In this document: one piece after another, positions 49,402-61,713 of the stretch
Numbering within the stretch: position 1 is the first letter of the stretch
Layout of the letters: the number at the start of each line of letters is the position of its first letter
Source of the DNA: Rhizaria sp. SCN 62-66
Lineage: Eukaryota
Length of the DNA: 63,747 nt
Assembly: GCA_001724265.1 (NCBI GenBank)
Contig: MEDY01000142.1
Coordinates: 1 to 63,747 of the forward strand
Direction: 5' to 3'
The notes under the pieces: model-generated
What the model was told of the DNA's origin: nothing
Database searches by the model: none
The model's input: only the letters and a program-made list of their open reading frames with translations
Position numbers and translations under genes: made by a program

Positions 49402-51073
49402 ATGTCGGCCCCGTTTACGTACACCTTGTTTCACGAGGCGCTTACCGACTTAATGGCGCCGACAACACCATTCACTGGAATTCAAAAGCTGTTGGATATA
49501 ATCCAGTCTTCCACGTATCACAATACCAAGAAGTACTTGAGGACGTTCACTGCAGCATGTCTCGAACTCGGTGTGATTGACTTGCTTGTGCGCTCACTCG
49601 AGTATTCGCCAGATGAAATCAGGTCCATTCGCAAGAAGGAGACATTCAGCGTCTTCATTCTGCTGACTGACACGTCCGAGGGTCGCACCGCTCTGCTCAC
49701 GAATCCCAGCGTAATTGCGACTTTATGCTCTGCAATTCGTCCAGGCCAGCCCATCAAAGTTGTCAGGAGTGCCCTTTGGCTACTGGGTCGACTGGCCATC
49801 AAGGGCCGCGCAACCGTCGACCTGCTGGTTGAGCACGGCGTGTTCGCCCGCCTATGCTGGTACACTGCGGAAGTCTTTGGGGGTGTTGTCCAGGTTCACG
49901 TAGAGGTTCTCGAAGCCCTCATGTCAACAGTGAACAAGTTCGCTGGCGTGTATCCACTGTTGCCATACGACGTCTTGGCGCCAATGGTCCCACCACTCGA
50001 CCTTGCGCTACGTAACATCCCGAGGACCCAAGGCTACGACAATGTGCTTCAAAATACGCTGCTGTCACTGTCGCATATTTTTTCTAACAATTACGACTAC
50101 GTACGGTTTGACGACCTTGTTTATGGAGGCGAAAATAGCATCTTTCACAACGCGATCAAGCGTATGTTTGTGGACGATACGAACTCCTCGCCCGTGGTGG
50201 GCCTTATCCAATCGGTTGGTGCGCTGAGTGAAGGCATTCCCGAGCTCGCGTTCACGCCTTTCGTTCTCGGACATATGCACCGATTTGCGCTGTCCGTGGA
50301 CTTTGATGAGTGCCCTCATGATTTTCAGACGATTGTGTCAACGATGTCAAACCTGATGAACAAGAGTCCCGAAATGCTGTTCCGCGTAATTGCATCTAAC
50401 GTACTTCATGCTCTAATTTCCCGCGCGCCCGTGCGTATGTATCATGGGGTGGTAAGCATGCTAGAGGTTGCTACTATAAATGTCGACAATGACTAGACAC
50501 GACTGACCGTTGCTTCAGCTTTTCTTGAGTCCGACGCCTTGCGTTGCTGCGTGCAGACTCTCCACGGTGGTCTAGAGTTAGACCGGCCTAAGACGTGCAA
50601 AGTGCTTTGGTTTGCGATAGAAGCCGGTGGTACAGATGCCGACTTTGCAGCGCTTGCGTGGGGTGAGCCGAGCAATGTGTTTCTGGCAGCCTTTTTTGCA
50701 ACAGGCGGTTGGTACGCTCTTGTGAATAATATGCACAGCAAACCGAGGTGCGTTGATGCATTAGCGCTGCGCAAAGCTCATTATAGATATCGTTGGTTGC
50801 ATTGCCGATGATTACGGACCGTTGCCGAGGCACAGGTACGAGGACGAATTCGGGGACGAGGACGAAGACTGGGATGATGATGACGAGAGCGGTGCCGATG
50901 ACGAAGACATCGCCTTCGATGATGAATACGAAGGCGACGACTCCAACTTCGAGGGCACTTATGGAGCCGACGAAGATGAAGTTGAGGATGATGACTCAAA
51001 AAGCGAGGAATACCTCGAAATCGAGGAGTATATCGATTATGATGAGGAAGATGACGAAGATGGAGCATTTTGA
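49402..51073 (+). CDS. Divergent importin-alpha-like ARM-repeat protein lacking an IBB domain, with an acidic tail; in-frame TAG at 50494-50496, apparent +1 frameshift near 50740 and a second TAG at 50762-50764 (may be a pseudogene or an assembly error)
   Basis: VVRSALWLLGRLAIKGRATVDLLVEHGV and PLLPYDVLAPMVPPL..VLQNTLLSLSHI follow the importin-alpha ARM pattern. The frame continues past the TAG to NVFLAAFFATGGWYALVNNMHS. The next frame gives MH*RCAKLIIDIV plus a D/E-rich tail to TGA 51071-51073. Confidence 0.6.
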
Positions 51074-51831
51074 ATAAGACGCAGATTGAAAAATTTGTGA
51101 AGCGAAATGAGATGATAAGAAAATTAATGAGTCTGTTAAGAGGTAGCTGTAGCTTAAGCTTGTAGCAATAGTACGCGCCTATGACATGCATGTAAATAAG
51201 AACGTCCTGCGGCAACCGTGAGGACACCCTTGCAATGATATTCAATAATACAGTGTATAGATATAGTTGATCATGACAACGACAGTGCGAGTGCTGCAAG
51301 TGATGACGATTCGAAGGATGATGAGCTGGAAGTCAAGTTTTTTCAAGTTTTTCAGGTTTAAAATCAAGAGATTTGCGAATCAGACACGACCACGTTATAA
51401 AAGACTGAATACGTACAATACCACATATATATGTACGTACGTAATAAAACTTGGTGATTGGCTTCGATTATGGCATACATGTACATGTATTAAAACTAAT
51501 GTAAACGTTTGATAGGAAAATAGCGCAACAGCTCTAGAGATGGCTCAAAGCAAACAAGCATGCTCAAGCTTAACATAAATTAAAATATCAATTTGAAAAT
51601 ATATAAACAAAGCTACATCTATCTGTAACAAACAGAAGTAGTCAGCCGCGTCATCTTGTCACAGAGGGTACATAAGCACATTGCTCAAAGCAGATTAGCA
51701 CCAACGCACAGACGGAGCAAGAAGCATCACGTCAGAAAGATCAAGACAAAAGAAGAGACACAAGATTGGTAATTAACGTTGCAGGGTCTCGAGATAAAGC
51801 TCAAAAAGCAAAGCAACACAGGATTCCATGG

Positions 51832-52540
51832 TTACTCCGGCCAAGTCCTGATGAACACCGCGTTGTTCTCGACCAGCTCCATGTCGATGGGGTGCGCGGC
51901 AGCCCTGCGCCGCTTGGCCTCTGGCGCGCACACGGTGCCCGCGGCCGCCTCCGCCGCGGCCTCCTCGGCCGTGGGGTCAGCCAGGTCCCAGGGCAGCGCG
52001 GACTCGACCGCGCCGGACTCGGCGTCCACCGACACGCCGTAGACGGCTGCCAGCGGCGCGAAGGGCGAGACGATGGAGCGCGGCCAGACGCGCGGCGCGC
52101 TGCCGGCCGCGAGCGCGGGCACGCGCAGACTCGCGGCCGTCGCGGCAGCCGCGGCGCGGGCGGCAGAGAGCGACTCGCTGTACACGGCGGCCACAACGGA
52201 CGCGGTGTTCGCGCTGGCGTTCGCGGTCAGCACGGAGGAGCTGTGCTTCAGACTGTTCTTCGCGGCGTCCTTGTCCTTGTCAGTGTCCTTGTCCGTGTCG
52301 CTAGCGCGCGTGTTCGCGTACGCGTTGTTGGCGTCGACGACGGTGACGGGCATCGCGGCGGCGCTAGTGTGGTCGAGACTGAAGCTCGAGTTGCCGTGGA
52401 CGTTGCCGTTGCCGTTGGTGTTGGCAGGCGCCGTCTTGAGCGCCATCAACTCGACGCTGGCGCCGGTCTCACCTGCATTCGCGCGCACGCTGGCCTTGCT
52501 CTTGGTCTTGGCGGCGCGCGCCGCGGCGGCAGCAGCAGCA

Positions 52541-52571
<31 letters not shown>

Positions 52572-55500
52572 GCGACTGCACGGTGAGCACGTGGTGCCGC
52601 GTGCTAGCATTGACATCGCGCGCGTCGTGGCGGCGCTGCCGCTGCGCGCCGCGGCCGCGGGCCGAGGGCGGGAAGCAGAGCGTGCGCAGCCAGTTGCGGC
52701 AGCAGCCGCGCGAGTGTGGCGCGCCCAGGGGGAAGGCCTATTTGAGGTACTCCGCCGTGGTGACACCTTGGAGAGTGAGAGCGGGAGAGAGAGAGAGAAA
52801 ACAATGAGATATGGGGGTAATTATAAAACTCGATGGTAACTATAAAACTCGCTGCACAAATATCAACGTTTTTACATCAAAACATCGATAACACCGAGTT
52901 AAAGCATGCTATAGCAAGTTCGCTTTGCGTACCCTTGATAGAGAGGTTGACGTGGAAGCCTGTGAGCCAGCCCACGAGCACGGCTGCGCAGAGCGCGAAG
53001 ATGGCGATGAGCAGCGACAGCGGATTGCGCGCGAGCGCGGAGCCCACGCCGCGCGCCAGCGAGGTGCCGTCGCGGTCGGCGAAGTGCTGGCCGACCTGGA
53101 CCAGCGAGTAGAGGCTGGTGCCGACGACGAAGAGCACAAGCAGCGAGAGGATGTAGAGGAACAAGGTGAAGGAGCGGTAGTTGCGGCGGCCGATGCACGT
53201 GCCCACCCACGGGCAGTCTATGACGTCGCAACATCGTAAAGGCAAGACAAGCGAGGCTAAGGAAAGAAAGAGTGAGTTTGCGTAATAAAACAAGAAATAC
53301 AGATGCCATGGTCAGATAAGAAAGCACATTGTTTCATTGTAAAAAATCATTTGAGTTGTTTGGAACGTACGGTGGTCGAAGCCTTCGACGCAGTTGTTGC
53401 AGATGTTGCAGTGCATGGAGCGCGGCGGGCGGTAGATTTTGCACGTGTCGCAGAACTTGAGCCGCGTGACCATGCCGCCCGTCACAACGTCCTGCCAGCG
53501 CTGCGGGTGCGCGGCGTAGATGAGCGGCCGCGCGGGGTCTTCGCTGGCGGCGCGCAGGCCTTCCTCCTCCGCAGCCAGTCGCAGCGCTGGCGGCAGATCC
53601 CAGTACTTGACCACCGACACGGTCTTGACGCCGCTCACGGCCACCGCGCCTGCCTTGGCCGCAGCCTTCGCGTTCGCCGCTGCCGCCGCATTGGCATTCG
53701 CGGTGGTGGCGGCGGTGGCGGCTGCGGTGGCGGCGGCGACGGAGACGGAGATGGCGCGGGCAACAAGCGCGTTGTTTCTGGGGTGGCTGTGAGCCGGGTA
53801 GTAGCGCTGGCCCGCCGCCCCAGCCGCCACGCCGTCAACGTGGACGCCGGCGTTGACGTTGTTGTACTGCGCGTCGAGGTGTGCGTGCGCGGGCGGGGGA
53901 CCCGTGGGCACGCGTTCCAAGTCGAGCCCCATGCCGAGCCCCTCGTGCGCCAGCAGTACGCTGGCGTCGGTGCACACGTCCAGCGCTCCGCCCGCGCCCC
54001 CGTAGCCCGCCAGCGCCAGAGCGGCGTCGGCGGCCGCGTCCGCGTCGGTCTCGAGCGTCACGGACACGACGGGCACGCCGTGCTTGCGCACGTCCGCGGC
54101 CGCGACGGCCATCATGAGCAGCGGCTGTTGCACCATGAGCACGGGGTGGCGCGGCACCACGCCCGGGTCCGAAAAGGCCGTCGCCGTCAACGTCCACAGC
54201 GCGCCGACCAGCAGCACGGCCGCCACAACCCAGGCCCAGGCGCCCGCGCCGGAGCCGCCATCGGTGAAGGCGTTGACGTCGCGGGCCGGGAAGGCCATGA
54301 AGAGCGCCCAAGGCACGAGGATCAACGCGTACGTCTGCGCGACCTTGCCGGGCTGCGAGCCGCCGAAGAGGCGCCCGTCACAGTAGAAGTTGTTGCGGCC
54401 TGGGAAGTGCTGCCACTGGCGCGAAAGCACCGGCAGCGACGCGCCCGAGGCGAGCGCGTCGTCGGCGTCGCCGTTGCCGTGGGCCCCCGCCGCGCCATCG
54501 CCGCTGCAGTCGCAGTTACCGTAGTCGTCGTGGTCGTGTCCGTGTCCGTGCCTGTGTCTGTTGTTGTGGCCGTGGCCGTGGTGCCCGGTGCCCAACAGCA
54601 GACTGCTGCGGCGCGAGCGGTCGACAGACTCGATGTTTGAGACTGTGGGCGGCAGGTCCTCCGGCTCGGTTAAGTCGCCGCCGTCGTCGAAGCCGTGGTC
54701 GTGACCGTGGCCGTAGCTACGGCTGTGGGGGTCGAGACCGGCGAGGTCGTCGTCGTCCTCGTTGTCATCCTCGTTGTTGTCCCTGTTGTTGTCACCGCGA
54801 TCATCGTCATCGTCATCGTGTTTGTGGGCGTGGTTGCTGCTCTTGGGATGATGGAAGTTGATCGCTGTGCGGGCGTTGTGAGCCTCACTGTCGTCTTCAT
54901 TGTCGTTGGTGGCAGACTCGGTATTGTGATTGTTGAAGCTGCTTTGGTTGCTGCTCATGTTGGTGCTGCCCGTATAGTTGTTCGGGTACCGGGTCGGCGG
55001 ACTGCAGTCGCCGTCGCCATCGGAGCTTAAGCCGCCCCCCACAGAAGGTAAGCCGCCGCCGCTGCGGGGCGACGCAACAGTCGCCGTCGCCGCCAACGCA
55101 AGCGCAATGTCGCGCGCGCTGACCGCATCGTCAGCGTTCGCGTCGCTGCTTGGCGGTTGCTGCTGCTGCTGCGGTTGCTGCGGTTGCTTTGTGCGCACCC
55201 GCACAGGCCGGACGCGCACCACGGTCGCCACGCCCGCATCAGCGGCTTTGTTGCTGTTGTTGTTACTGTCTGCGAGGTCGGTGGGGTCGAAGCCCCCGAA
55301 GCTGTCACTGCGACTCTGACTGTGGTTGTGACTGTGATCTTGCTGCTCACAGTCACTCTCTTGCTGCTGCTGCTGCTGCTGCTCGCGGTCGCTCGGCTGG
55401 CGCTCTGGCTCGAAGTCGCCACTGCCCAGCTTGCTACCGTGCAGCCCCCGGTCACTCTTGTGCTCGCGATCGCTCTTGGTCTCGCGGTCGCGACTGTGGC

Positions 55501-56857
55501 TGTGCGACTTTTCGTACTTATTGATGTTGTTAGCACTCTTAGCGTGATTACTGCCTTCATCCTCAGAGGACGAAAACTCAAACAGCTTCGCACCCGTGAC
55601 CGCGCGCGACGAAAACCGCGCCTTGGTGGCCGGGCTGGTCACACCGGCAGCGGCGGCCGCAGCGGCAGCGCTATTTGCACCGGCGTTGGCGCTGGCGTTG
55701 GCGCTGAGGCTGCCGCGGGCGCTTGACGACGACGGTACTGCGTTGTTGCTGTTGCTGTTGCGGGCGCTGCTGCTCGCAACGACATTCGTGTTGCTGTTGT
55801 TGTTGTTGTTGCTATCACTATCGGGAGGCAAAGCAGGGCCAGCGACGGTCACAGCGCCAGCGGCGTCGTTAGCGCCAGAGTTGGCGTTTGACGCGCTATT
55901 ACTTGCTGAAGCGGCGGCGGCGGCGGCGGCTGCAAGCGCCAGCGTCAGTCCCGAGGGGCCTTCGTTGACGCCGGCACTGGCGTAGCGCGAGCTGGCTTCG
56001 GCGTCGATGCTGGTGAGATCAGTGCTGCTGCTGCTGCTGTTGTCGTGCGCGTTGCAGTCCGCTGCCGCTCTCTCAGCGTGGCCGTAGCCGTGCGCGTGCG
56101 CGTGCGGATGTGCGTTGCCGGGGCAGGGGAACGGGGCGCCGCTCGGCAGCAGCAACAGCGTCGCAGTCGCGTTCCCGTGGCCCAGACCGTGGCCGTGACC
56201 GTGGGCAACAGTGGCAGCGGCCGCAGTCGCGGGGAGGCCAGCACCAGCGCCGGACTGTTCGTGCTCATGCTCGCGGTCGTGTTCTGCGGCGGTGGCGGCG
56301 GCCAGTGCGGAGGCCGCGGGCGCGGGCGAAAATGTCGGTGGCGACGCAGACACAGTCGCTAGGAGCGGCGCGGGCTGGATGTCGACCACCAGCGAGCTGC
56401 TCTCATTCCGCAGCGTGTTCGTGTTGTTGTTGCTACTGATGTTGTTGTTTGCATTGGGGTTAGCGCTGTAGGCGAGGATGTGCGTGTGCAGCGCGTGGGC
56501 GTTACTGTGTGCGTGCGCGTGTGTGTGCGCGTTCGTATGCGCGATCGGCGAGAGCGGGCACGGCGGCACGCCATCGCGCGACTCAATCGTCGTCGCTGTT
56601 GTCGGTGCCGCAGTCGCAGTCGCCGCGGCAGCGTCTCTCGCGCCCAGTCTGGTCGCGGTCGCAGCCACTGCAGACGCCGCATCGGACTCTGATGCCACGG
56701 TGGCGTCCGCAGCGTCCGCGGCGGCGGCGGCGGCGGCCGACTCGGCGGACTCGGCGAGCAGGAGCTCTGCGGCGGCGCTGGGCGGTAGCGCGGCGAGGCG
56801 TGCGCGGATGGACGCCGACATCGCGGCCAGGTCAACCGCGGGCGGCTGCTCGCTCAT
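51832..56857 (-). CDS. DHHC palmitoyltransferase (ERF2/ZDHHC9-like); exons 56857-53371, 53217-52933, 52766-51832; in-frame TAG at 52738-52740
   Basis: WQHFPGRNNFYCDGRL, SDPGVVPR, KFCDTCKIYRPPRSMHCNICNNCVEGFDH|HCPWVGTCIGRRNYR (an intron splits DHHC), GVTTAEYLK*AFPLGAPHSRGCCRNWLRTLC. TAA stop. Confidence 0.92.
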
Positions 56858-57968
56858 AAGGATACAAAGCGACGCAAGCCAGAGCGGGAGCGCAGTCGCG
56901 GGGGCTGGGGCAGGCGCGGGGGCGCGGGGCGGGCGGGGTTAGGCCGAGCCAGAGAGGCTTCGCGAGAGAGGGATTGCGAGGAGAGGGCTTGCTGCGGACT
57001 CGGGGAGAAGCAGATTGGGCCAGCACACGCTATAAAGCGGGGGCCGGTAAAGAAAAAAGCGAGTGAACGCCACAAAGAGGGCGCGGGCGCGCTGGGGAGC
57101 GAAATGAGGATGCCGGAGCAGGGCGGAACAGCGCTAACGGTGAGCGGAGGGACGGTGCTGACGGGCTTAGAGAGGGAGCGATTTGTGAAGCATAACGAGC
57201 AGCTCAAGGGACTTATTTAAGTTATTAGATTTTAATCAACGAGGAAATTACAATATACAAGCACAGGAGATGCTGTCGTTCGTTTTGTGCCGCTCGTAGC
57301 CTCGTTCACTGGCCCGACCCCCCGCCCCACCGCCACCGCCACTGCCACCAGTCGACCGACGCTGGTCAGATCGCACCGAGAAGACTGAGGGAGAACATAC
57401 ACTTTAGGACACGATATGTAAGCAAAGAAGATAGATTGTGAAGATAATAACAACAGTCTAAGTTATGCCACATTGTATAGAGCGTTATTTTGTTTGTACT
57501 TGGAGTATTGTAGATTTATACCGCAACGATTCGTTGAGCTAAGAGATTGTGACTCTACTTGTGCAAAGATTCTTGTATTCTTGTGTTTTTGTGGTCGTTT
57601 TTTGCCTGTTTGTTTGCTCGTCACTGGCAGTTACTATACTTCCACGACACAAACAGGTGTAAATGAATGACTATAGACATCAGGCGTGATGACAACAACA
57701 ATGTACGCGCCAGCAGCAACAAAGATTTGTTGTTCCGGCGGTTACGGTATTGTTGCAACCACTCTGTGTCAAAACTGTGTAACATTGCGTAACACAAGCA
57801 CAGAAACGCACCCAACTCATTGTGTGCGGTTGCTATGTCATGCTACATCTTATATCCCCCTTTCTAACCTCCTGTGAGTCCTCCGAGCCGCTATAAACTG
57901 TGCCCAGAACTCCTTAACTACTCTTACTCTTTGCCTCACATGTGGCTTCGCGCATTGATTGCGTTTCC

Positions 57969-58775
57969 TTAGAGCTTGCGGCTGTCGGAGTTGACGAGCT
58001 TGCAGCACACGAACGAGAACACGGAGCCGACCATGCAGGACAAGATCGTGAGCAGCACGAAGATGTAGGTCGAGAGTGTGATGGTGTTGCTGCTGCTGGT
58101 CGAGGCCGCGTCCTTGGTATCAGTGGTCTTAGCAGAAGTGGAGCGGGAGCCCAGGCTCGAGTCGATGCTGTTGATGATCTTCTGGGTCGAGCTGGGCTGC
58201 GCGGACGCAGAGGCAGCGGCGGGAGCAGCGGCAGCAGGGGCAGCGGCGGGAGCAGCAGCGGGGGCGGCGGGGGCGGGGGCGGGGGCGGCGGCGGCAGGCT
58301 TGGCAGCGGCAGGCTTGGCAGCGGCAGCTGCGGGAGCCGCAGTGGTGGCGGCGGCGGGCTTAGCGGCGGTGGCGGAGGCGGGGACACGGGTAGCAGCCGT
58401 GGTGGTGGTCGCAGGCTTGGCAGCGGTGGCAGGAGTGGTCGCAGCGGCGGGCTTGGCGGCAGTCTTGGTGGTCGCAGCGGCGGCAGGCTTGGCGGCAGTG
58501 GTGGTGGCGGCGGCCGGGACAGCGGCACGGGTGGCAACAGCGGGGTCTGTAGACGAGTAAAACAGAACAGATAAAGGGCAATCCAGAAAGATAAAGATAG
58601 TTAGTTACATGGGCAGCAACAAGAGGCGAGAAAAGCGCGCTGAACGACTCAGGGAGCAGATGAGAGAGCGAAGAGAAGGAACTGGGGGCAGGGTGGGGGG
58701 TAACGTACCAGCCGCAGAGAGGCCAGAGAGGGCCAGGAGGGCGACGAGCGCCGCGAAGATCCACGTAGCCTTCAT
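57969..58775 (-). CDS. Type I membrane, mucin-like Ala/Thr/Pro/Lys-rich surface protein; exons 58775-58709 and 58546-57969
   Basis: Signal peptide MKATWIFAALVALLALSGLSAA, a GTACGT..CAG intron, AAKPAAA repeats, TM segment YIFVLLTILSCMVGSVFSFVCC and a short tail ending in TAA. Missed by the ORF track. Confidence 0.8.
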
Positions 58776-59319
58776 GGGACAACGACACTGAGGGGCGACA
58801 GACGGGTAGGACGGCGATGGGAGGAGGCACAGGGGCGAGAGAGGGAGAGCGGGAGTGAGCATGGAGTGAGGGGGAAGACCTCAACTGGACAGAGCGAATA
58901 GAAAAGCTTATGACGACTTTCGCGGGATATCACAAAGACTCAATCTACCCAAAAACATATGATCCAATGTGAAAATATCAATGTCTCTTTTGACGATAAA
59001 ATAAACACAGTAAATCCTGCGAAAGATGAGCCAAGGAGGAAAGCAATTTTCGACCAGTATTTTTTCAGAACTAGGCGAGCCGTTCAACTCACTCTTCACC
59101 GTTATTTTTGTTACTTTCACGTGTTTTTCATCATCAAAGCAATCACAAAGCGACAAAGAGCACCACCACAACATATTTCGAAGATAATTAAATACATATT
59201 TTTATTCGTTCAACTCTATGGCCTCCGTATATCTCTTTCAAAGCCAGCAAATCCGCGTGTAACACCTAAGTCATGGCAGCGCAGCTGTTGTTTTCATTAT
59301 CATCAAACGAAGCAGCTGC

Positions 59320-61713
59320 TCATTGCGCTGCCGGCTCAGCCTCGGCCTCGGTCGCCGCCTCAGCCTCAGCCTCGGCCTCAGCTTTGCGCGCTGCCCTCGC
59401 TCGGCCGACGCTCTGCCACAGCCGCGTTTGTAGGCGTCTACAATTAGCATAGGTCACAGTAAGTCAAGTACACAAAACAGTCATATTCGCGTCGGTGAGC
59501 ATTGGTAATCGGAGCAAGTGCAAAGCGCAAACTGTAGCGCGACGACGGTTCAGTGAAATGAGGGATACAATAGAGGATATATAGCGTTATTTGAAGACGT
59601 ACGTGCAGATAGCTGCGATCTTCTCCTCAATGCGCAGCTCCTCGAGCGGCGCGATCTCCCTGTCGAGCCACTTGGCAAACTCGGCCATCTGCGCGGGCTT
59701 CTTGCCCAGCTGCCGCAGCCAGCCGGCGCGCACCATGTCCCGCTGCGCGCGCGAGAGGCTGCCGCGCGCCTCGGGGCACAGCATCAACACGCGCTCCAGT
59801 GTCGCGGCGAGGCGCGCGCTCGCGCCCAGGGGACTGTACAGCCCCAGCCACGGCTGCTGCACGCGGCCGGCAACGCTCGCGACAGAGCCTGGAGCAGCTG
59901 TCGCATTATCAGTCACAGTGATAGCGTGCGCGGCGGCGTTGCCGGCGAGCGCGCGCGTGGCGGCCGCGGCGACTGCGCCGTGCGCTGGCACGTACACAAG
60001 CCTGCTCGCGGCGGCGAGGTAGGGCAGTGGCGGCGTCGGCAAGTCGGCGACGACGAGCGCAACCAGAGGCGGGAAGCCCATGAGCGACGAGAACGACGGG
60101 TCGGAGGCCGCGAGGGCGGCGATGGACACAGCACTGTCGACTGTTGCAGCAGAAGCAGCAGCCGAAAACGTGTCAGTAGCATCGTGAGTGGGGTCAAGGG
60201 CAGCGTTGCTGTCGCCGATACCATTGCTCTCACTGTTTGAGTTTGAGTTAGAGTTCGTGTTTGTGCTGTTGATGGCTGCCGTGAGGGCGGCGGCGACGGG
60301 GGCGAAGTCGAACACGTTCTCACACGGGGCCGCTACAGCGAGCAGGGAGCTACTGCTGCTGTCAGAGCTTGCATTTGCAGGAACACAGTTATTAGCGCTG
60401 TTGCCTGTCGCAGGAGCGGGGCCGACAGGAACAGTGTTGACGCTGTTGCTCATGCTTGCGCCTTCAAGAGCAATGCTGGAGTCTAGCCCCGCGGTGGCCG
60501 CGGCCCAGTCAAGAGCAAAGAACGACGCCGACGACTGCGACTCGGGCTGGGATTGCGTGTTTGCGGAGGCTGATGCAGAGGCAGATGCAGAGTTTGAGGA
60601 TGAGACAGCGGCCGGGGCGGAGACCGCAGAGACGAAGGGCTGCGGCGCGGCGGCAGCGGCGGCGCGCGCCCTGACCCACTCGGCCACCGCGGCCACAAGC
60701 CGCGCACGGGGGCACTCGCTGTCAGCACTTACACTTGCAGGCGCATCAACAGTCGTAGTTACCGGCGCCTTCGCTGGCGCAGGCGCAGCAGTGGAGCCGT
60801 CGCACTTGCTGTTGTAACTGGCCAGAGCGGTGGCGAGGGCAACGGAGTGCGGGACAATCGAGCTGATGCTGCCCACGCCACCAATCTCAGTGCACGCACC
60901 CACACCACACTCGCCCCCGTCACTGTTCGCGCTCTCGCCCGCGCTAGTGCTCGAGCTGTGGCTTTGACTGGGTGTGAGAGTTGGAGGCCGGTGGTTGTGA
61001 GAGCCGAAGAACAGAGGGTCGAGCGGTAGCGGCACCAGCCAGCGGCCTGGGAGCTCCTCACCAGCACTCGCGCCGCCAGCGCTCCCAGCGGCCGCGCTCG
61101 CGCTCACACTAGAGTCACTCACGGTGTCCACAGCGGCGCCGGCATCCTGGCCGTCGCGGGGCACACTCTTGCTCTTGCTGGTGTTGAACTTTGCAATGGC
61201 GCTGTCGATCGAGGGCCCCGGCGGCAGGTACACGCACTGCGGGCCTGCGCCGAGAGCCCAGACCTCGGCCCCAAGCTCCTTGGCAGCGGCGACGCACTCG
61301 AGAACCGTGTCGAAGTGCCGCACAGTGACCCAGTTGCGGCTGCCTTTGACGACCTTGTGCGACACGCGCTTGTTCGCGCGCTCGACCCGCGGCGCGACGG
61401 CAAAGACGTACTGGATGCCGAGGCTCTCGGCCGTGCGGATCATCGCCTGCTGGTGCAGGGAGCCCATGAGGCCGTCGAGAATGAGGATCAGGCGGCCGGA
61501 GCGGTTGCGCAGCACCGTCTCAGCGCGGCGCAGGCGGCGCGGGGCGTCGGTCGGGGCGAACCCGGGCGCATAGCCGTCCGCGGGGGCAAGCTGCGCGTCG
61601 GCTGTGTCGGAGGGGGAAGGGTATGCGCTGTCGCGGGGCTTTTTAGATGCAGCGCAGGCCGGCGCAGCAGGGGAAGCCGGAGCTGCGGGCTGAGTCTGAG
61701 CGGTGGGCTGCAT
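59320..61713 (-). CDS. SpoU/TrmH-family RNA methyltransferase-like protein with a large insertion; exons 61713-59603 and 59437-59320
   Basis: RRLRRAETVLRNRSGRLILILDG..AMIRTAESLGIQYVFAV..KGSRNWVTVRHF; distal half VALVVA..AASRLVYVPAHG..LCPEARGSLS. Intron GTACGT..GCTAATTGTAG. TGA stop. Confidence 0.75.

Noticed and set aside
50748-50764. 17-nt GT..AG micro-intron that would remove the TAG at 50762
   Set aside because: Its removal does not join frame 1 to the acidic-tail frame, and all other introns here are 142-206 nt.
59587-59602. ORF-track end of the SpoU-like gene (..CTYVFK-TAA)
   Set aside because: A GTACGT donor at 59602 and a branch/acceptor GCTAATTGTAG ending at 59438 give a better final exon ending in TGA at 59320-59322.
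28456-59602. Introns as an active Introner-like transposon family
   Set aside because: The uniform length is suggestive, but I see no shared internal sequence, terminal inverted repeats or consistent target duplications among the 13 introns.
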